This document shows positions 25,303 through 37,809 of a DNA stretch of 64,000 nucleotides, piece after piece. Position 1 is the first letter of the stretch. Each line of letters opens with the position of its first letter. The stretch lies in the NCBI GenBank assembly GCA_038087875.1, contig JAXLNO010000230.1:124001-188000 (forward strand), in the 5' to 3' direction. The stretch comes from Malacoraja senta (Eukaryota). The notes under the pieces were generated by a model. The model did not search any database. It worked only from the letters and a program-made list of their open reading frames with translations, and was not told the origin of the DNA. The position numbers were made by a program, and so were the translations under genes.

Positions 25303-25671
25303 CTAGACCAGGTGCGGACCNNNNNNNNNNNNNNNNNNNNNNNNNNNNNNNNNNNNNNNNNNNNNNNNNNNNNNNNNNNNNNNNNNNNNNNNNNNNNNNN
25401 NNNNNNNNNNNNNNNNNNNNNNNNNNNNNNNNNNNNNNNNNNNNNNNNNNNNNNNNNNNNNNNNNNNNNNNNNNNNNNNNNNNNNNNNNNNNNNNNNNNN
25501 NNNNNNNNNNNNNNNNNNNNCTGCTTCCTTGTGGTGGGGGTTGTCGGGGGGGAGGGGCCGAGCGGTGCGGAGGAGGGGAGGGAGAAGGCCGCGGGACCGT
25601 AGCAGCAGTGTAAATGGAAGGGCACACACGCACACACACACCGCCCCTCCCCTTTTATAAGTATATATAGA
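25303..25671 (-). mobile_element. Non-autonomous Helitron-like unit A (spans the assembly gap)
   Basis: On the minus strand the 3' end reads GGTCCGCACCTGGTCTAG|T and the 5' end reads TCTATATATACTTATAAAA, followed by (TG)n. Linkage across the gap is assumed. Confidence 0.55.
25321..25520. other. Assembly gap (200 N)
   Basis: Run of N. Confidence 1.
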
Positions 25672-25675
25672 TATA

Positions 25676-26194
25676 CTAAACCAAGTGGGTCTCTGTCACA
25701 CGGGAGGCCTGGTCCCCCAACGCAATATTCCACATAATGCAAACCCCTCCCTTTTAAATGAAACGTCCTAGCTATCCCCCCCCCCCACAGCTTTTAAAAA
25801 AATATAAATGAAATTCAAGATGCCATTGTGACGTCATTGTAAGGTGGAAGACTTTTTTTATGTAAATGAGATCCCATTGTAATGTCATTGTGGGGTGGAA
25901 CATTGCTGAGGGGCAGAGAATATGTAAATGAGGTCCCATTGTTATGTCATTGTGGGGTAAAATACTGAGGGGCAGACAATTGTTTTTAAAGTTAAAAAAA
26001 AGATGTTTTAAACATGAATAACTTGTAAAATATACAATCAATCTGAACGAAACTTGTAACTTGTAATTTGCATCACAGGACAATGGTGAGTAAGGTGGTG
26101 CAAAAATGGTAGCGCTATCATGTACGTTTTTTGCGCAAATACAAATCGGGCAAACAAACCGGCAAACAAACAAGATGAGAGTTTTAGTAATATA
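25676..26194 (-). mobile_element. Non-autonomous Helitron-like unit B
   Basis: 3' end GACCCACTTGGTTTAG. 5' region TATTACTAAAACTCTCATCTTG(TTTG)n, homologous to 36480-36591. Confidence 0.6.
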
Positions 26195-27150
26195 CTAGGC
26201 CAAGCGCAGACCCGTTGGGTCTGTTTCCCCAACGCGCGTTTGCAGGGGGGTTGCTGCGGCTTCACACGCACACTAACCATCCCCCACACACACAGGGGGG
26301 AGGAGGTGGAGGAGACAGTGAGAGGGCGAAGGAGAGGGGGAGATGGAGAGGGGGAGGAGATGGGGAGAAATTGGGGATGGGAAGGGAGAGAGAGAGAGGG
26401 TTGGGGAGGGGAGCGGTGAGTGGGGGAAGTGGGGAGAGAGAGAGAGAGAGAGGAGGGGGAGAGAAAGAGAGAGAGAGGAGGGGATAGAGAGACAGAGAGA
26501 GGAGGGGAGAGAGAGAGGGGGGAGAGAGAGAGGGGGGAGGGAGAGAGGGGGAGAGGGGAGAGGGAGGGGAGGAGGGGGGAGAGAGTAGAGGGGCGAGAGG
26601 AGGTGGGAAGAGGTGGGAGAGATGAGGGGAGAGAGAGGAGGGGGAGTGGGGAGAGGGGGGAAGGGAGGGGGTAGAGGAGAGAGGGTAGGAGGGGAGAGGG
26701 TTGGAGGAGGGGAGAGGGGGTTGGAGGAGGGGAGAGAGGTTGGAGGAGGGGAGAAGGAGGGTGGAGGAGGGGTGGGGGCAGAGGGGGAGGGCAAGAGGGG
26801 GAAAGGGAAGAGAGAGTGGGAGGAGGAGAGGAGGAGAGGGGAGGGGGAGGAGGGGGAGGGAAGAGGGGGGGAAGGGAAGAGAGTGGGGAGGGGGAGGGGG
26901 AAGAGGGGGAGGCATCAAATCGGGGGGGGGGGGGGGGGGGAAGGTTGCTGCGTCACACACACAGAACCACCACCCCCCCCACACACACACACACACCACC
27001 CCCCCAACACACATACTGACCACCCCAGCACCCACACTAACTACCCCCCCAACACACACACTAACCACCCCCCCCAACACACACACTAACCACCCCCACC
27101 CCTCCAAACACACACACTAACCACCCCCCTTGATATATTAATATTATTAA
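26195..27150 (-). mobile_element. Non-autonomous Helitron-like unit C with a long polypurine tract
   Basis: Canonical 3' end: hairpin CAGACCC-AAC-GGGTCTG (26207-26223), 8 nt, then CTAG|T. Confidence 0.7.
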
Positions 27151-27314
27151 TTGGCCAACTATCTTAATTTTGTAGCTCTTGTTCATTTTCTGGCTCTCTA
27201 ACTACTTCCATAAACTCATGAACTGTATGAGAGCCACAGCCTTCCCATGCCAGAGATCCAGGTTCACTCCTGACTTTAAGTGCTTTCTGCGTGCAGTTTG
27301 CCCATTAGAGTAAT

Positions 27315-27415
27315 ACAGTGTGGAAACAGGCCCTTTGACCCAACGTGCCCACATGGGCCAACAATGTCCCAGCTACCCTAGTCCCACTTGCCTGCGCTTG
27401 GTCTATAACCCGCAA
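27315..27415 (-). mobile_element. CR1 3' tail fragment
   Basis: GTGGAAACAGGCCCTTTGACCCAAC...CTAGTCCCACTTGCCTG matches 50765-50860. Confidence 0.8.
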
Positions 27416-27419
27416 ACCT

Positions 27420-27945
27420 CGAGACGCTGCGTACGCCCCTCAATGTGGCTGCGGGCCGACAGGCCGATGAAGCGCCCCGCGGCTTTGTCACGCTGGCTGA
27501 AGGCAAAGATGTGTTGTTCCGCCGCTGGTTGGAAAGAGGACGGCGAAAAACAGGGGAAAGAGACGATGTTTGGCTTGAGCCAGCGTGAGAGAGCCGGCCC
27601 GGTGGGGGGGGGGGGGGGGGAGGGGTAGTTGAGGAGAGGAGGGCGGCAGCAGCGAAAATCACTAGCGAAAGAAAAAAAATGTCGGCGTTTTTGGAGCAGA
27701 GCCGGGCGGCAGCAGCCGTTATGGTGGCTGGCCAGCAGGAGGCGACAAAATGAGTGAGTGAGGGGGGGGGGGGGGATGGATTTTATTTTAAAATGTGTAT
27801 ATAAAAATGTCTAAATCTAATAAGGAGTGTGTTAGGGTATGTAAAGGTGTAATGTCTAGCGAAATGGAAAAAATCGCGGAGTTTTTCGCGTGTGGTTTTG
27901 GCGGAGCAAGGAATCAAAGGCCAAATGTGACACCCACAAATAAAT

Positions 27946-27989
<44 letters not shown>

Positions 27990-28014
27990 ACACAGAGTTT
28001 TAAAAGTATATAGA
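27420..28014 (-). mobile_element. Helitron-like unit D (5' portion)
   Basis: Minus-strand 5' end TCTATATACTTTTAAAACTC followed by a (TG)n microsatellite. Confidence 0.6.
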
Positions 28015-28022
28015 TAGATATA

Positions 28023-29450
28023 CTGGACTAAGTCTCACACTGGAGGCAATATTCACAACCAAGGCAATATTCCACCACTCACCCGCTCCCCCAACGTAAA
28101 CTATTCCCCCAACGCAATATTCCATCACTCACCCATAGCCCACAACTGCCCAGGTGCGGCTCATTTCCCCTCATCCCCCAGAACTCCCTCCCCTCCTCTT
28201 CATCCTCCCTCTTCTTTCCTCTGTCCTCTCCCAATCCCTCCCTCACCTCTCCCTCCCTCCTTTCCCCTACCCTCAGTCACTCCCTCCCTGCTTCCCTCCC
28301 TCCTTCCCTCCCTCCATAACTCCTCTCCCCTCCCTCCCTCTCCTATCCCTCTATCCCCCACTCCTCACCTCCCCACTATCCCTCCTCACCCCCACTGCGC
28401 TCCACTCCCTCTATTCCCCACTCCCTACCTCCCCCTCCTCCCCCAATCTCCCTCCTCACCTCCGCCACTTTTCTCCCTCTCCGTCCCTGCCCCCTCCTCT
28501 CCCTCAATCCCCCATTCTCCCTCTCACCTCCCCAGGATCTCGAGGGTGCCGCTCCTTTCCCTCCTTGCATGCCCCTTCCTCACCTCCTTCCCTCTCCTTT
28601 CCCCTACCCTGGCCACTCCCTCACTACCTCCCTCCCTCCCTCCATAACTCCTCTCCCCTCCCTATGCCCCTCCTATCCCTGGGGTACCCCCTACCTCCCC
28701 CACTCCTCACCTTCCCCTATCCCCCCCACTATCCCTCCTGATCTTCCCCACTGGCCTCCTCGCTCTCTATTCCCCACTCACTACCCCCACTCCTCTCCCT
28801 CTATTTCCCCCTACTCTCCCCACTCACCTCTCCCACTTCCCCTCCTCTCCCTCCCAACCCCCTCCTCTCCCTCCCAACCCCCTCCTCTCCCTCCCAACCC
28901 CCTCCTCTCCCTCCCAACCCCATCCTCTCCCTCAATCCCCCCACTCTCCCTCCTCACCTCCCCAGGTTCTTGAGGTTGCCGCTCCTTTCCCCCTGAGCAG
29001 CTGCGGCTCTGGCTGTGGCCCGCGGCGGTTCTGGCTGTGGCCCGCTGCGTCTCTGGTTGAGGCCCGCGGCGGCTCTGGCTGTGCCGCGGGCCACAATCCT
29101 CTCCTCATCCCCATCCCCACTCCCTCCCTCTCCTTATAACAATGTAACAAGTTGCTCATTGCACTAGGGGTCCTGTCTTTGTTAACATGGCAATGGAAAT
29201 TTTTTTTAAAGAGCAATCTTTTATGTAAATGAGATTCGGGATCCCATTGTGACGTCATAAGCTGCTAACTGTCAGTGCATGCAAGTGAATTTTGTCAAAG
29301 TGGGTTTTGTAAAGTTTAAAATATGCCCCCAATGCAACCCATTCCCCCAGCGCTATATTCCACCACTCACCCATAGCCCCCATCTGCGCAGGCGCAGCTC
29401 ATTTCCCCTCATCCCCCAGCACTCCCTCCCCCTCCTCTTCACCCTCTATG
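28023..29450 (-). mobile_element. Helitron-like unit E (3' portion) with polypyrimidine modules
   Basis: Degenerate 3' end ACTTAGTCCAG|T. Shares CCCCAACGCAATATTCCA and CATTGTGACGTCAT motifs with unit B. An internal block at 28110-28205 repeats at 29345-29445. Confidence 0.5.
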
Positions 29451-30251
29451 TTAATCTTTGTCTCATCTGTCCACAAGACCTTTTTTCCAGAACTGTGGTT
29501 GCTCTTTTAAGTACTTCTTGGCAAATTGTAACCCGCCATCCTATTTTTGCGGCGGACCAGTCGCTTGCATCTTGTAGTGTCGCCTCTGTATTTCTGTTCG
29601 TGAAGTCTTCTGCGGACAGTGGTCATTGACATATCCACACCTGACTCCTGAAGAGTGTTTCTGATCTGTCTGACAGGTGTTTGGAGATTTGTCTTTATTA
29701 TAGAGAGAATTCTTCTGTCATCAGCTGTGGAGGTCTTCCTTGGCCTGTCAGTCCCTTTGCGATTAGTGAGCACACCAGTGCTCTCTTCTTAATGATGTTC
29801 CAAACAGTTGATTTTGGTCAGCCTAAGATTTGGCTGATGTCTTTAACAGTTTTATTCTGGTTTCTCAGTCTCATAATGGCTTCTTTGAATTTCATTGGCA
29901 CAACTTTGGTCCTCATGTTGACAAACAGCAATTGATGGAAAGACTGGTGAAAAAGACTAGGTGCTGAGAGCTCCTTTATGCCTGCAACACCTCATCAATT
30001 ACAAACACGTTTGAAGCCATGTTTCCCCAAACATTATGATGACCTGAAATGGGGGGGGACTATGTATAAACGCAGCTATAATTTCTACATGTTGAAACCA
30101 AAATGTATAACAATGGCCTTTATTAAAATCTGATAATTTTGCACTTTAACCACATGTGATTTTTTTTTTAAATTATAAATCTCAAATTGTGGAATACAGA
30201 GGCAAATAAATAAATGATGGGTCTGTGTCCTAAACATTATGGAGGACACTC
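29450..30251 (-). mobile_element. Tc1-like transposon 5' fragment with transposase N-terminus
   Basis: RPRKTSTADDRRILSIIK...QIRNTLQESGVDMSMTTVRRRL (Tc1 HTH). The terminus reads AGTGTCCTCCATAATGTTTAGGACAC on the minus strand, with an internal direct repeat near 30025. Confidence 0.88.
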
Positions 30252-30644
30252 TATCTTTAAGATGGGACAAAAGTGGGCTGGGTTTGGAACTTAAAATAGG
30301 AAGACTGATTAGAGGTTCCAATGCCAGGATGCAGCAAAAATTGAATCAGATTGAGACTTATGGTAAAATGAGAAAGGCATGTTTCTCGTAAGAGGAGAGA
30401 TTAAGCAAACTGGGCCAATATTCACCTGAACAGTAAAATGAGAAATATGAAACTGGCAGAGTTGATTGTTGGTGCAGAGATCACAATATCCCTGGTTGTG
30501 GTGTCCAGGGGTCAGCCTTTCAGAACAGAGATAACAGAATTTTTGTTTCTACCTGAAAGAGCTCTGGGGGCTCAGTGCTGGTATATTCAAGACTGTGATC
30601 AGTAGATGATTCAACATTAGGGAAATTGAGAGATCTGGGTTGAT

Positions 30645-30985
30645 CAGAAGAACGGGAAAAGGAGCACAGAGGGCATGTATTGCCTCAGATTGGAAACATT
30701 GTGTTCATACATTTGGTTTACAGGACTACCCAGGCAGAATATGAGGTGCTGTTCTAGTTTGCCTTGTACCTCATCCTCGTGATGAGAAGGCTGAGAACAA
30801 ACAGGTTGTTGGGGGAATTGAAATGCATACAAACAGGTGCGCAAAGTGGCCCATTGCGTTCAATGTGCAGATGTTCTACCAACGGAACGTCTGTCTTCAT
30901 GGACGTTCCTGACCTGTTGAGTTCCTCCAGCAGTTTGCTTTTTGCTCCAGGTAACAGAATCTGCAGACTCTTGTGTCTCCAGCAG
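30645..30985 (-). mobile_element. Penelope-like element fragment: GIY-YIG C-terminus plus inverted terminal segment
   Basis: KLEQHLIFCLGS resembles the Penelope endonuclease tail. 30880-30985 is the same terminal sequence as the fold-back elements, in inverted orientation. Confidence 0.65.
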
Positions 30986-32229
30986 TAAACTAAAATTGGC
31001 TGAATACCAGTGTATTGGTTCTGTCAAGTCTTTATCAGGTATGTTCATGCCCAAGCAGTGGAAAAATAAAAAAAAATAAAATGTATTAAAGAATATCAGT
31101 GTGTATATCACTAAGATAAACTAATTGAATGCTTAAAATTAAGTGCAAGTTTGTACAAATTTTAAATTTGCATAAGTGCAAGTCATTGGCAGAAAAATAT
31201 TGTCCTTATTGGTGCAATGCTAAAAGGTATATATTTTAATGTTGCTCCACAGGAACATTTTTTTTTGTTTAAAATATGGAGGGTCCTCTATATCACCACT
31301 CTCTATCGTGATCTGGCATAGAATCATTGCTCAGAAACAGGCTTTTTTGGCTCCCCTTTGTTTCACACTGAGCACATCCAGGGAATTTCTTGGATCCCTT
31401 GTCTCTTAGTTCAATATGAAATAATTGGTGCTAAATATAGAGAGCATAGTGTCCTGAGATCAGAGTAGCTTTGCCCTGATCTTGTCAATCATTTGGATTG
31501 TCTCAGGTGTGGAATGTTGTTTAAAAATCACATTTGGCTTGGTGGAATATTATTCCCATTTTACTGGATATAGTGAAAATCCTTGGCCTGCATTTAAGCA
31601 AAAGGAAGCTAATGTAACAATCAAAATACTGTGGATGTGTGAAATTTGAAAACACCAAGTTCTGCCCGTTGTCTGTTACCATTTCAGGTTAATGACCATC
31701 TATCAAAACGTAAGAGAAGCTAGAATTGAACTGATCCTTAGAAAAGTTGGGTTCTTGAGGAGAAAAAGACTTAGATCTATAAAAAAGTTGGAAGTGATTA
31801 AACAAATGAGAGGTACAGCATCTTTTTTTTAGTCCCACATGATGGGGCGCATTTTTCTCTCTTGAATTCGGATATGCATTTGTTATGAAAAATAAGCTTC
31901 AGGTTTTTCTTTGGTTCCTTTGAGTACTATTTATGGAAAAGAATAAGGAAGGATTGTAACAGTGGTGTGTCTTTTAAAATTATCCATTGAAATATGTTGA
32001 ATATCTTGCTCTTTTGCAAAATGCTCTAGCCATTGTAAACCACCAGTGAGTGGCACTCATCAGTATTGTGTTGATTGTTTGGAAAAACCTTATTGGATCA
32101 ATAGGTGCAGCAGGGACCCTAGGACTATGATGTGCATATCTCTGGGGGAATGTAGGAGAGAATATGTGGTGGATCAACTCTCATTGTTATGTAAAGATGT
32201 GGGTAATACCATAATTAGTGTAGAACACT

Positions 32230-32392
32230 CTAAAGATGTACTGGTATGTAGGTTAATTAGCTGGCAAAATGTAAAAATAATTGTCCCTAATGGGTGTAGG
32301 ATAGTGTTAATATGCGGGGATTCGCTGGTCGGCGCGGACCCCGGTGGGCCGAAGGGCCTGTTTCCGCGTTGTATCTCTGAACTAAACCTAAC
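32230..32392 (+). mobile_element. V-SINE-type SINE 3' half with CR1-derived tail
   Basis: TGTAGGTTAATT...AATTGTCCCTA...GGGCCGAAGGGCCTGTTTCC and an AACTAAAC tail. Confidence 0.75.
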
Positions 32393-33894
32393 AAATGTTG
32401 TAACAAAAAGCACGTTAGAATTCACGTTAGAATTCACCAAAACTGCACCACTCGGGTAAACTAGGCATCTGTGTCGTAGGCCCGTTACTGTTGAAAGGAA
32501 AATGTTCCAATTAAAACTAATAAGCAGTTGAAAGTTACATATAATATGCAATCTGTTTTTCTGTGTTTTCATATTTTGTTGATTTCCTTCAGCTTTTTAT
32601 TAATATTGAGTAAAGTGTTAATAGTGGAATTAGCTAAATTAGTAGCTGGTTTGATAGTATGGGTTGTTTCAAAATGTTACTCAATTTGAACAGGTGTATA
32701 CAGCTATTGTTAGTTATAAGCGTAGGGTTTGCAGGAAGTGGGACACCAAGTAAGGCTTAAAAGTGAAAGGTCAGTTGAAAAAAAAAGTTATGCACCATTT
32801 TCACAGGTGCGAAAGAACTGGGATAATTTAACGGTTTAGTTAACAATGTTATAAAGGTAGTTAAGATATTACAGTATGATGTACAGAGAGAGTTATGGGA
32901 GCAGCTGGGGAAATCTGGATATAACAAAGAAAGGAATTGATAGTCTCTGAGCTTGAGTTTGCTGAAGCCCCTGCAAATTTTCTTAGAGGTAAAAGAGATA
33001 CAGATATTGGGGAACAAAATATGTTGTGTTACATTTATAGTCTGTTGAAAAATGCTGAACACTTCAAAGTCTACTGGATTGTGAAAAATCTTTCCTATTC
33101 CATTCATTTGATTCCAACAATTCTCTTTTTTTTAAGAAGAAAAGCTTGTTTTGAGCCTCACTTGCAAACTATACCAAAATGGTAGTTGTCTAAGTTTAAA
33201 TACATAAGGGGGCAGCAGAGTTCTTCAGTTTGGTTTCATACCCAAGCACAATAAGATGAAATTCAAATGTCTTTAAATGTGATTTTTATTTCAGCAAAGT
33301 TATGCTTATGAGTAAAACATTAATATGGATTGGAGGTAGAAATTATAAAAGCAAAGATAGGATTATGATGTTATTCAGAAATATTTGTGTCCTATAAAGT
33401 TCATTATTTTTCAACACAAAAATAAATCAGCCTCCTTTCCATTTCCTTTTAATCCTGTAGGATTTCAGAAACATAAATACATCATCTTTAATTTTCAGTT
33501 GAATATATGTTCTGTAGACCATCTCTTGAAGCCAGTATGCCCTGTAAAAATTCAAATACATGATTGGCAACCATCTCACAATGGATGGATTGGGCACCAT
33601 CTCACAATTTGAGATTTCAAATTCTAAGTGATAAATTATCCATGGAGTGGACGTATCTTTATAAATAACTTTATCACAGTTAAGGATCACAGAAAGAATT
33701 AATTAATAATTTGAAGCCTCTGCATTTATATTTTATTGCATTATATATTTTTTACCTTGAACCATTATACTCTTTTTAATCACTGTTAATTCCCATCCTA
33801 TCACAGATCTTTGCTTTTATCCTACCCCTTCGATACCATTCCTCACCACATGATTAAAACTATACACATAACACAGACTGAGGTAATGAAAGTG

Positions 33895-34205
33895 GAAACA
33901 ATGAACTGGAGATGCTGGTTAATATGCAAAAGAACACAAGTACTGCAGGTCAGGCAGCATCTCTGGAGGTCATGGATTGGTGATGTTTTGGGTTTGAGAC
34001 CTTTCTTCAGACTGATTGTAGGGGGGGGGGGGGTCAGAAGGAAAGGAAATTGGAAAGCCTTTTTCAGCTTTCTTCTCCTTCCCATGCAATCTGTCTGAAA
34101 ATGGGTCTTGACCCAAAACGTCACCTATCCATGTTCTTCAGTGATGCTGCCTGACCTGCTGAGTTAGTCCAGCACTTTGTGAACCTTTAAGCTAATGCAG
34201 TCTGC
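33895..34205. mobile_element. Fold-back Penelope-terminus element with degenerate hammerhead-like motifs on both strands
   Basis: Inverted arms CAGGTCAGGCAGCATC...CTTCAGAC and GTCTGAAAATGGGTCTTGACCCAAAACGTCACC...GATGCTGCCTGACCTG. Confidence 0.75.
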
Positions 34206-34594
34206 TTATGTTTCTGTAGATGTTGCTTTGCATGCTGATTTATTCCCCCCCCGCCCGCCACCTATCCAGTTTTCTCTTGGGGATGAGTCTCTTACTGTTC
34301 CTACAAGTAATCAAAAAACATGCTTTTTATCTTCATTTTCACTTCATCTCAGTCATGAATCCTTTACCTGCTTAAGGGTCTGGCCCTAGCATTGTGTTTG
34401 CGACAACCAGTCAGAGGATTATTTCTTCTTTAATTGTTCTTTGATCTAGCAATAAGGTGGAGCAATTCAAATTTCTTCATGGAGGAATGCTCTTGTCTTG
34501 CATTCCTTTTAATTTGAAAAACAATGGCCTCTATTTGGAATAATTTCAGCAGCTTGCTTTCTCATTATTTATTCAAAACCTTGAATACGTTTTG

Positions 34595-34890
34595 GAGATT
34601 ACAGGCATTGGGACAGGCCCTTAGGCGCACCAAGTCCACTGTGACCACTGATCACCAATTCACATCAGTTCTATGTTATCCCTCTTTCTCATTCACTTCC
34701 TACACACTAGGGGCAATTAACTTAAAATCCACACATCTTTGGGGTGTGTGAGAAACCAGAGCTCCTGGAGGAAACCCATGCGGTCACAGAGTGAACGTGC
34801 AAACTCCACACAGACAGCACCTGAGGTTAGGATCAAAACCAGGTCCCGGGCGTGGTGAAACAGCAGCTCTAACAGCTGCACATACCGTTG
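34595..34890 (-). mobile_element. V-SINE-type SINE
   Basis: Reverse complement of a tRNA-like head plus the core TGTGTGGAGTTTGCACGTTC. Confidence 0.8.
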
Positions 34891-34899
34891 TTGTCTGAT

Positions 34900-35122
34900 G
34901 TCTCTGCCACAGAGGGTAGTTGAGGCCAGTTCATTGGCTATATTTAAGAGGGAGTTAGATGTGGCCCTTGTGGCTAAAGGGATCAGGGGGTATGGAGAGA
35001 AGGCAGGTACGGGATACTGAGTTGGATGATCAGCCATGATCATATTGAATGGCGGTGCAGGCTCGAAGGGCCGAATGGCCTACTCCTGCACCTATTTTCT
35101 ATGTTTCTATGTTTCTATGTCT
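34900..35122 (+). mobile_element. CR1 3'-end fragment
   Basis: GATCAGCCATGATCATATTGAATGGCGG...GAAGGGCCGAATGGCCTACTCC and a (TTTCTATG)n tail. Confidence 0.88.
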
Positions 35123-35164
35123 TATTGGGAATTTACCAAAATAAGTTCATAAGTTACAGGAGCA

Positions 35165-36591
35165 GAAGTGGGACACCAAGTGTGGGGGAGGGGGGGTGTG
35201 GGGAAGTGGGGAGGGGGGTAGGGTGTGGGTGTGGGGAAGGGGGGTGTGGGGAATGGGGGGTGTGGGGAGGGGGGAGGGTGGGGGTGTGGGGAAGGGGGGT
35301 GTGGGGAGGGGGGGGTGATGTGGGGAAGGGCGGTGATGAGAAAGGGGGGTGGGGAAGGGGTGTGTGGGGAAGGGGGCTGTGGGGAACGGGGGGGTGTGGG
35401 GAGGGGGGCTGATGTGGGGAAGGGGGTGATGGGAAGAGGGGGTGATGAGAAGGGGGGGTGTGGGGAAAGGGGGGTGTGGGGAAAGGGGTGTGTGGGGAGG
35501 GGGGTGATGTGGGGAAGGGGGGTGATGGGAAGGGGGGGTGATGAGAAGGGGGGGTGTGGGGAAAGGGGGGTGTGGGGAAAGGTGTGTGTGGGGAGGAGGG
35601 GTGATGTGGGGAAGGGGGGTGATGGGAACGGGGGGGTGATGAGAAGGGGGGGTGTGGGGAAGGGGGGGTCTGGGGAGGGGGGTGATGTGGGGAAGTGGGT
35701 TGTGGGGAAGCGGGTTGTGGGGAATGGGGTTGTGGGGAAGGGGGGTGATGTGGGGAAGGGGGGTGAGGGAAGAGACAGAGACTTTAAGACTTTTGCCTCC
35801 ATCACAGTGAGGAGGTGCCTGGTGAACTCACTGTAGTGGATGTTAATTTGTGTTTATTGTGTGTTTTGTTATTTATTATATGTATGACTGCAGGCAACGA
35901 AATTTCGTTTAGACCAAAAGGTCTGAATGACAATAAAGGAATCTAAGTCTAAGTCTAAGTCTAAGTGAGGGGGGACGGGGGGTGGGGAAAGGGTGTGTGT
36001 GGGGAAAGGGGGGGTGTGGGGAAAGGGGGGGTGTGGGGCAAGGGGGGATGTGGGGAAAGGGGTGTTTGTGGGGAAAAGGTGGGTGGGGGAGGGGGGCTCG
36101 CACTCTGCTCACCCCGCACCTTCAACTTTCGACCTCACGCAACAGATCCCGGTCCCACTCCGGCTTCGCTCAGTAGATCCCGGTCCCACTCCGGCTTCAC
36201 TCAGAGGCTTCGGGTTCAACTCAGCAGCTTCCGGCTGGTCGTGCTGGTCGCCGCAGAAGCAGTCCGCAGGCTGCTCTCTCTCTGCACGCTCTCCGCGGGC
36301 TGTGCGCTCTCCGCAGGCTGTGCGTTCTGCGCGAGCTGCTCAACACACTCCGCCCCGTCAGCTTTTTATTCTCCTCGCCGCGTTACTGACAGAAGGTTCC
36401 GGAAGGTCTTTACGATTTTTAAACCTTCATAACTTTTGTATTATTTCACCGATCGGAACAAAACTTATTTGACTTGCAGCAGAGGAAAAATGGTGAGTGA
36501 GGTGGCAAAAAATCATAGCGCTATGGGGGATCGTTTTTGCGCAAATTTAATTACAACGGTCAAGATGACAGTTTTAGTAATAGTATATAGA
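35165..36591 (-). mobile_element. Helitron-like unit F with a G-rich degenerate tandem array
   Basis: Minus-strand 5' end TCTATATACTATTACTAAAACTGTCATCTTG. 36490-36547 is homologous to 26082-26140. The 3' end is eroded (AAGTGGGAC). Confidence 0.6.
35772..35965 (+). mobile_element. 5'-truncated SINE-like insertion, same family as 13933-14790
   Basis: AAGACTTTTGCCTCCATCACAGTGAGGAG...TGACAATAAAGG followed by (TCTAAG)n. Confidence 0.8.
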
Positions 36592-37022
36592 TATGGATAA
36601 TAGAAAATTTATTTTTAGTTTTAAAGGGGACGCTCAGTGCCTCCATCAGTTATGCCCTATATCCATGGACTAGATGGATTTGAGCATATTTGTTTATTTT
36701 CCTTGTACGTTCTAATTCTTTAAAATGTTAAATTCACTTTCTACATTTTTGTTTTGCTGAGTGTGAGAAATTATTCAGTTTGATAGGCTTTTCAACTTGC
36801 TTGATGATATCAGTGCTGCTGGACATTCGATCCCATGGAACTGACATCTGGCAGCAATTTATGTCAGAAAAGGTAAAACCCATCTTACAAAGATTGATGG
36901 ATATTTGTAAGATAGTTTTGTACAAGAGCTGAAGTGAGAGCCAAAGCTGACTACAAAATATGAGCTTCCTTCATTTTAAGTGGATAGTAAATGAAAATAA
37001 GTGACAGGATTCCTTGTAAGTA

Positions 37023-37310
37023 CGATGGCTCAGTGGTATAGTTGCTGCCTTACAACGAATGCAGCGCTTGAGACCCGGGTTTGATCCTGACTAGGGGTGC
37101 TGTCTGTAGGGAGTTTGTACGTTCTCCCCGTGACCTCGGTTTCCTCCCACACTCAAAGACATACTTGGCTTGGTAAATGGCTTGGTAAATGTAAAAAAAA
37201 ATGGCCATAGTGGGTTTAGGATAGTGTTAATAGCCGGGGATCACTGGTCGGCGAGGACCCAGTGGGCAAAAAGGGCCTGTTTCTGCGCTGTATCTCTAAA
37301 CTAAACTAAA
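37023..37310 (+). mobile_element. V-SINE-type SINE
   Basis: A/B-box-like head (GGCTCAGTGG, GGTTTGATCC), core GGAGTTTGTACGTTCTCCCCGTGACC, CR1-like tail and (CTAAA)n. Confidence 0.85.
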
Positions 37311-37449
37311 AGTAAAAAAATTACTGCCCAAATTCAGTATCAACCTATCGCAACCAGTGCAGTTGCTGACAAATATTTTTCTGGGCTGCTCCAACTTTGA
37401 AGATGTCTACAGCAATAAAATACCACCTGCAGAATAATATAAGCATGGT

Positions 37450-37790
37450 GAGCAAAAAAAACAAATTCTGGAGGAATTCAGATCAAGCATCATCTGTGGA
37501 GGGAAATGGACAGAAAACATTTCAGGTTGGCACCCTTCTTCAGACTGGTGGGGTAGAGGCAGAAAGCTGTTAGAAGGGTGTGAGGAGAAGGGACGGGGCA
37601 AGGGCTACAAGTGATAAGTGGATCCATGTAAACAGGGTTTATTGGCAGATGAATCAGGCGGGGAAGGGGAAGGTGGAGATAGTAACCGACGCTGGGGGAC
37701 ATGGAATGGGGTGGAATGAGGGTGTGAACCCATTTTTTTTCTCTTCCAGTTATCTCCCCCATTACTACTTCCCAGCATGCCTTCCCCGGT
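37450..37790 (-). mobile_element. Penelope-like 3' terminal remnant
   Basis: Minus strand reads TCTGAAGAAGGGTGCCAACCTGAAATG, preceded by a pyrimidine-rich tract. Confidence 0.55.
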
Positions 37791-37809
37791 GCTACAATGT
37801 ACTCCAAAC

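Noticed and set aside
25248..25742. ORFs spanning X runs
   Set aside because: Artefacts of the assembly gap.
26215..27120. Long Pro/Gly/Glu/Arg-rich ORFs, also at 28154-28973 and 35026-35836
   Set aside because: They arise from stop-poor low-complexity purine, pyrimidine or G-rich tracts and are open in several frames.
36790..36872. Possible small host exon (AG...AAG|GTAAAA)
   Set aside because: Weak acceptor, an unrecognised peptide and no partner exons.
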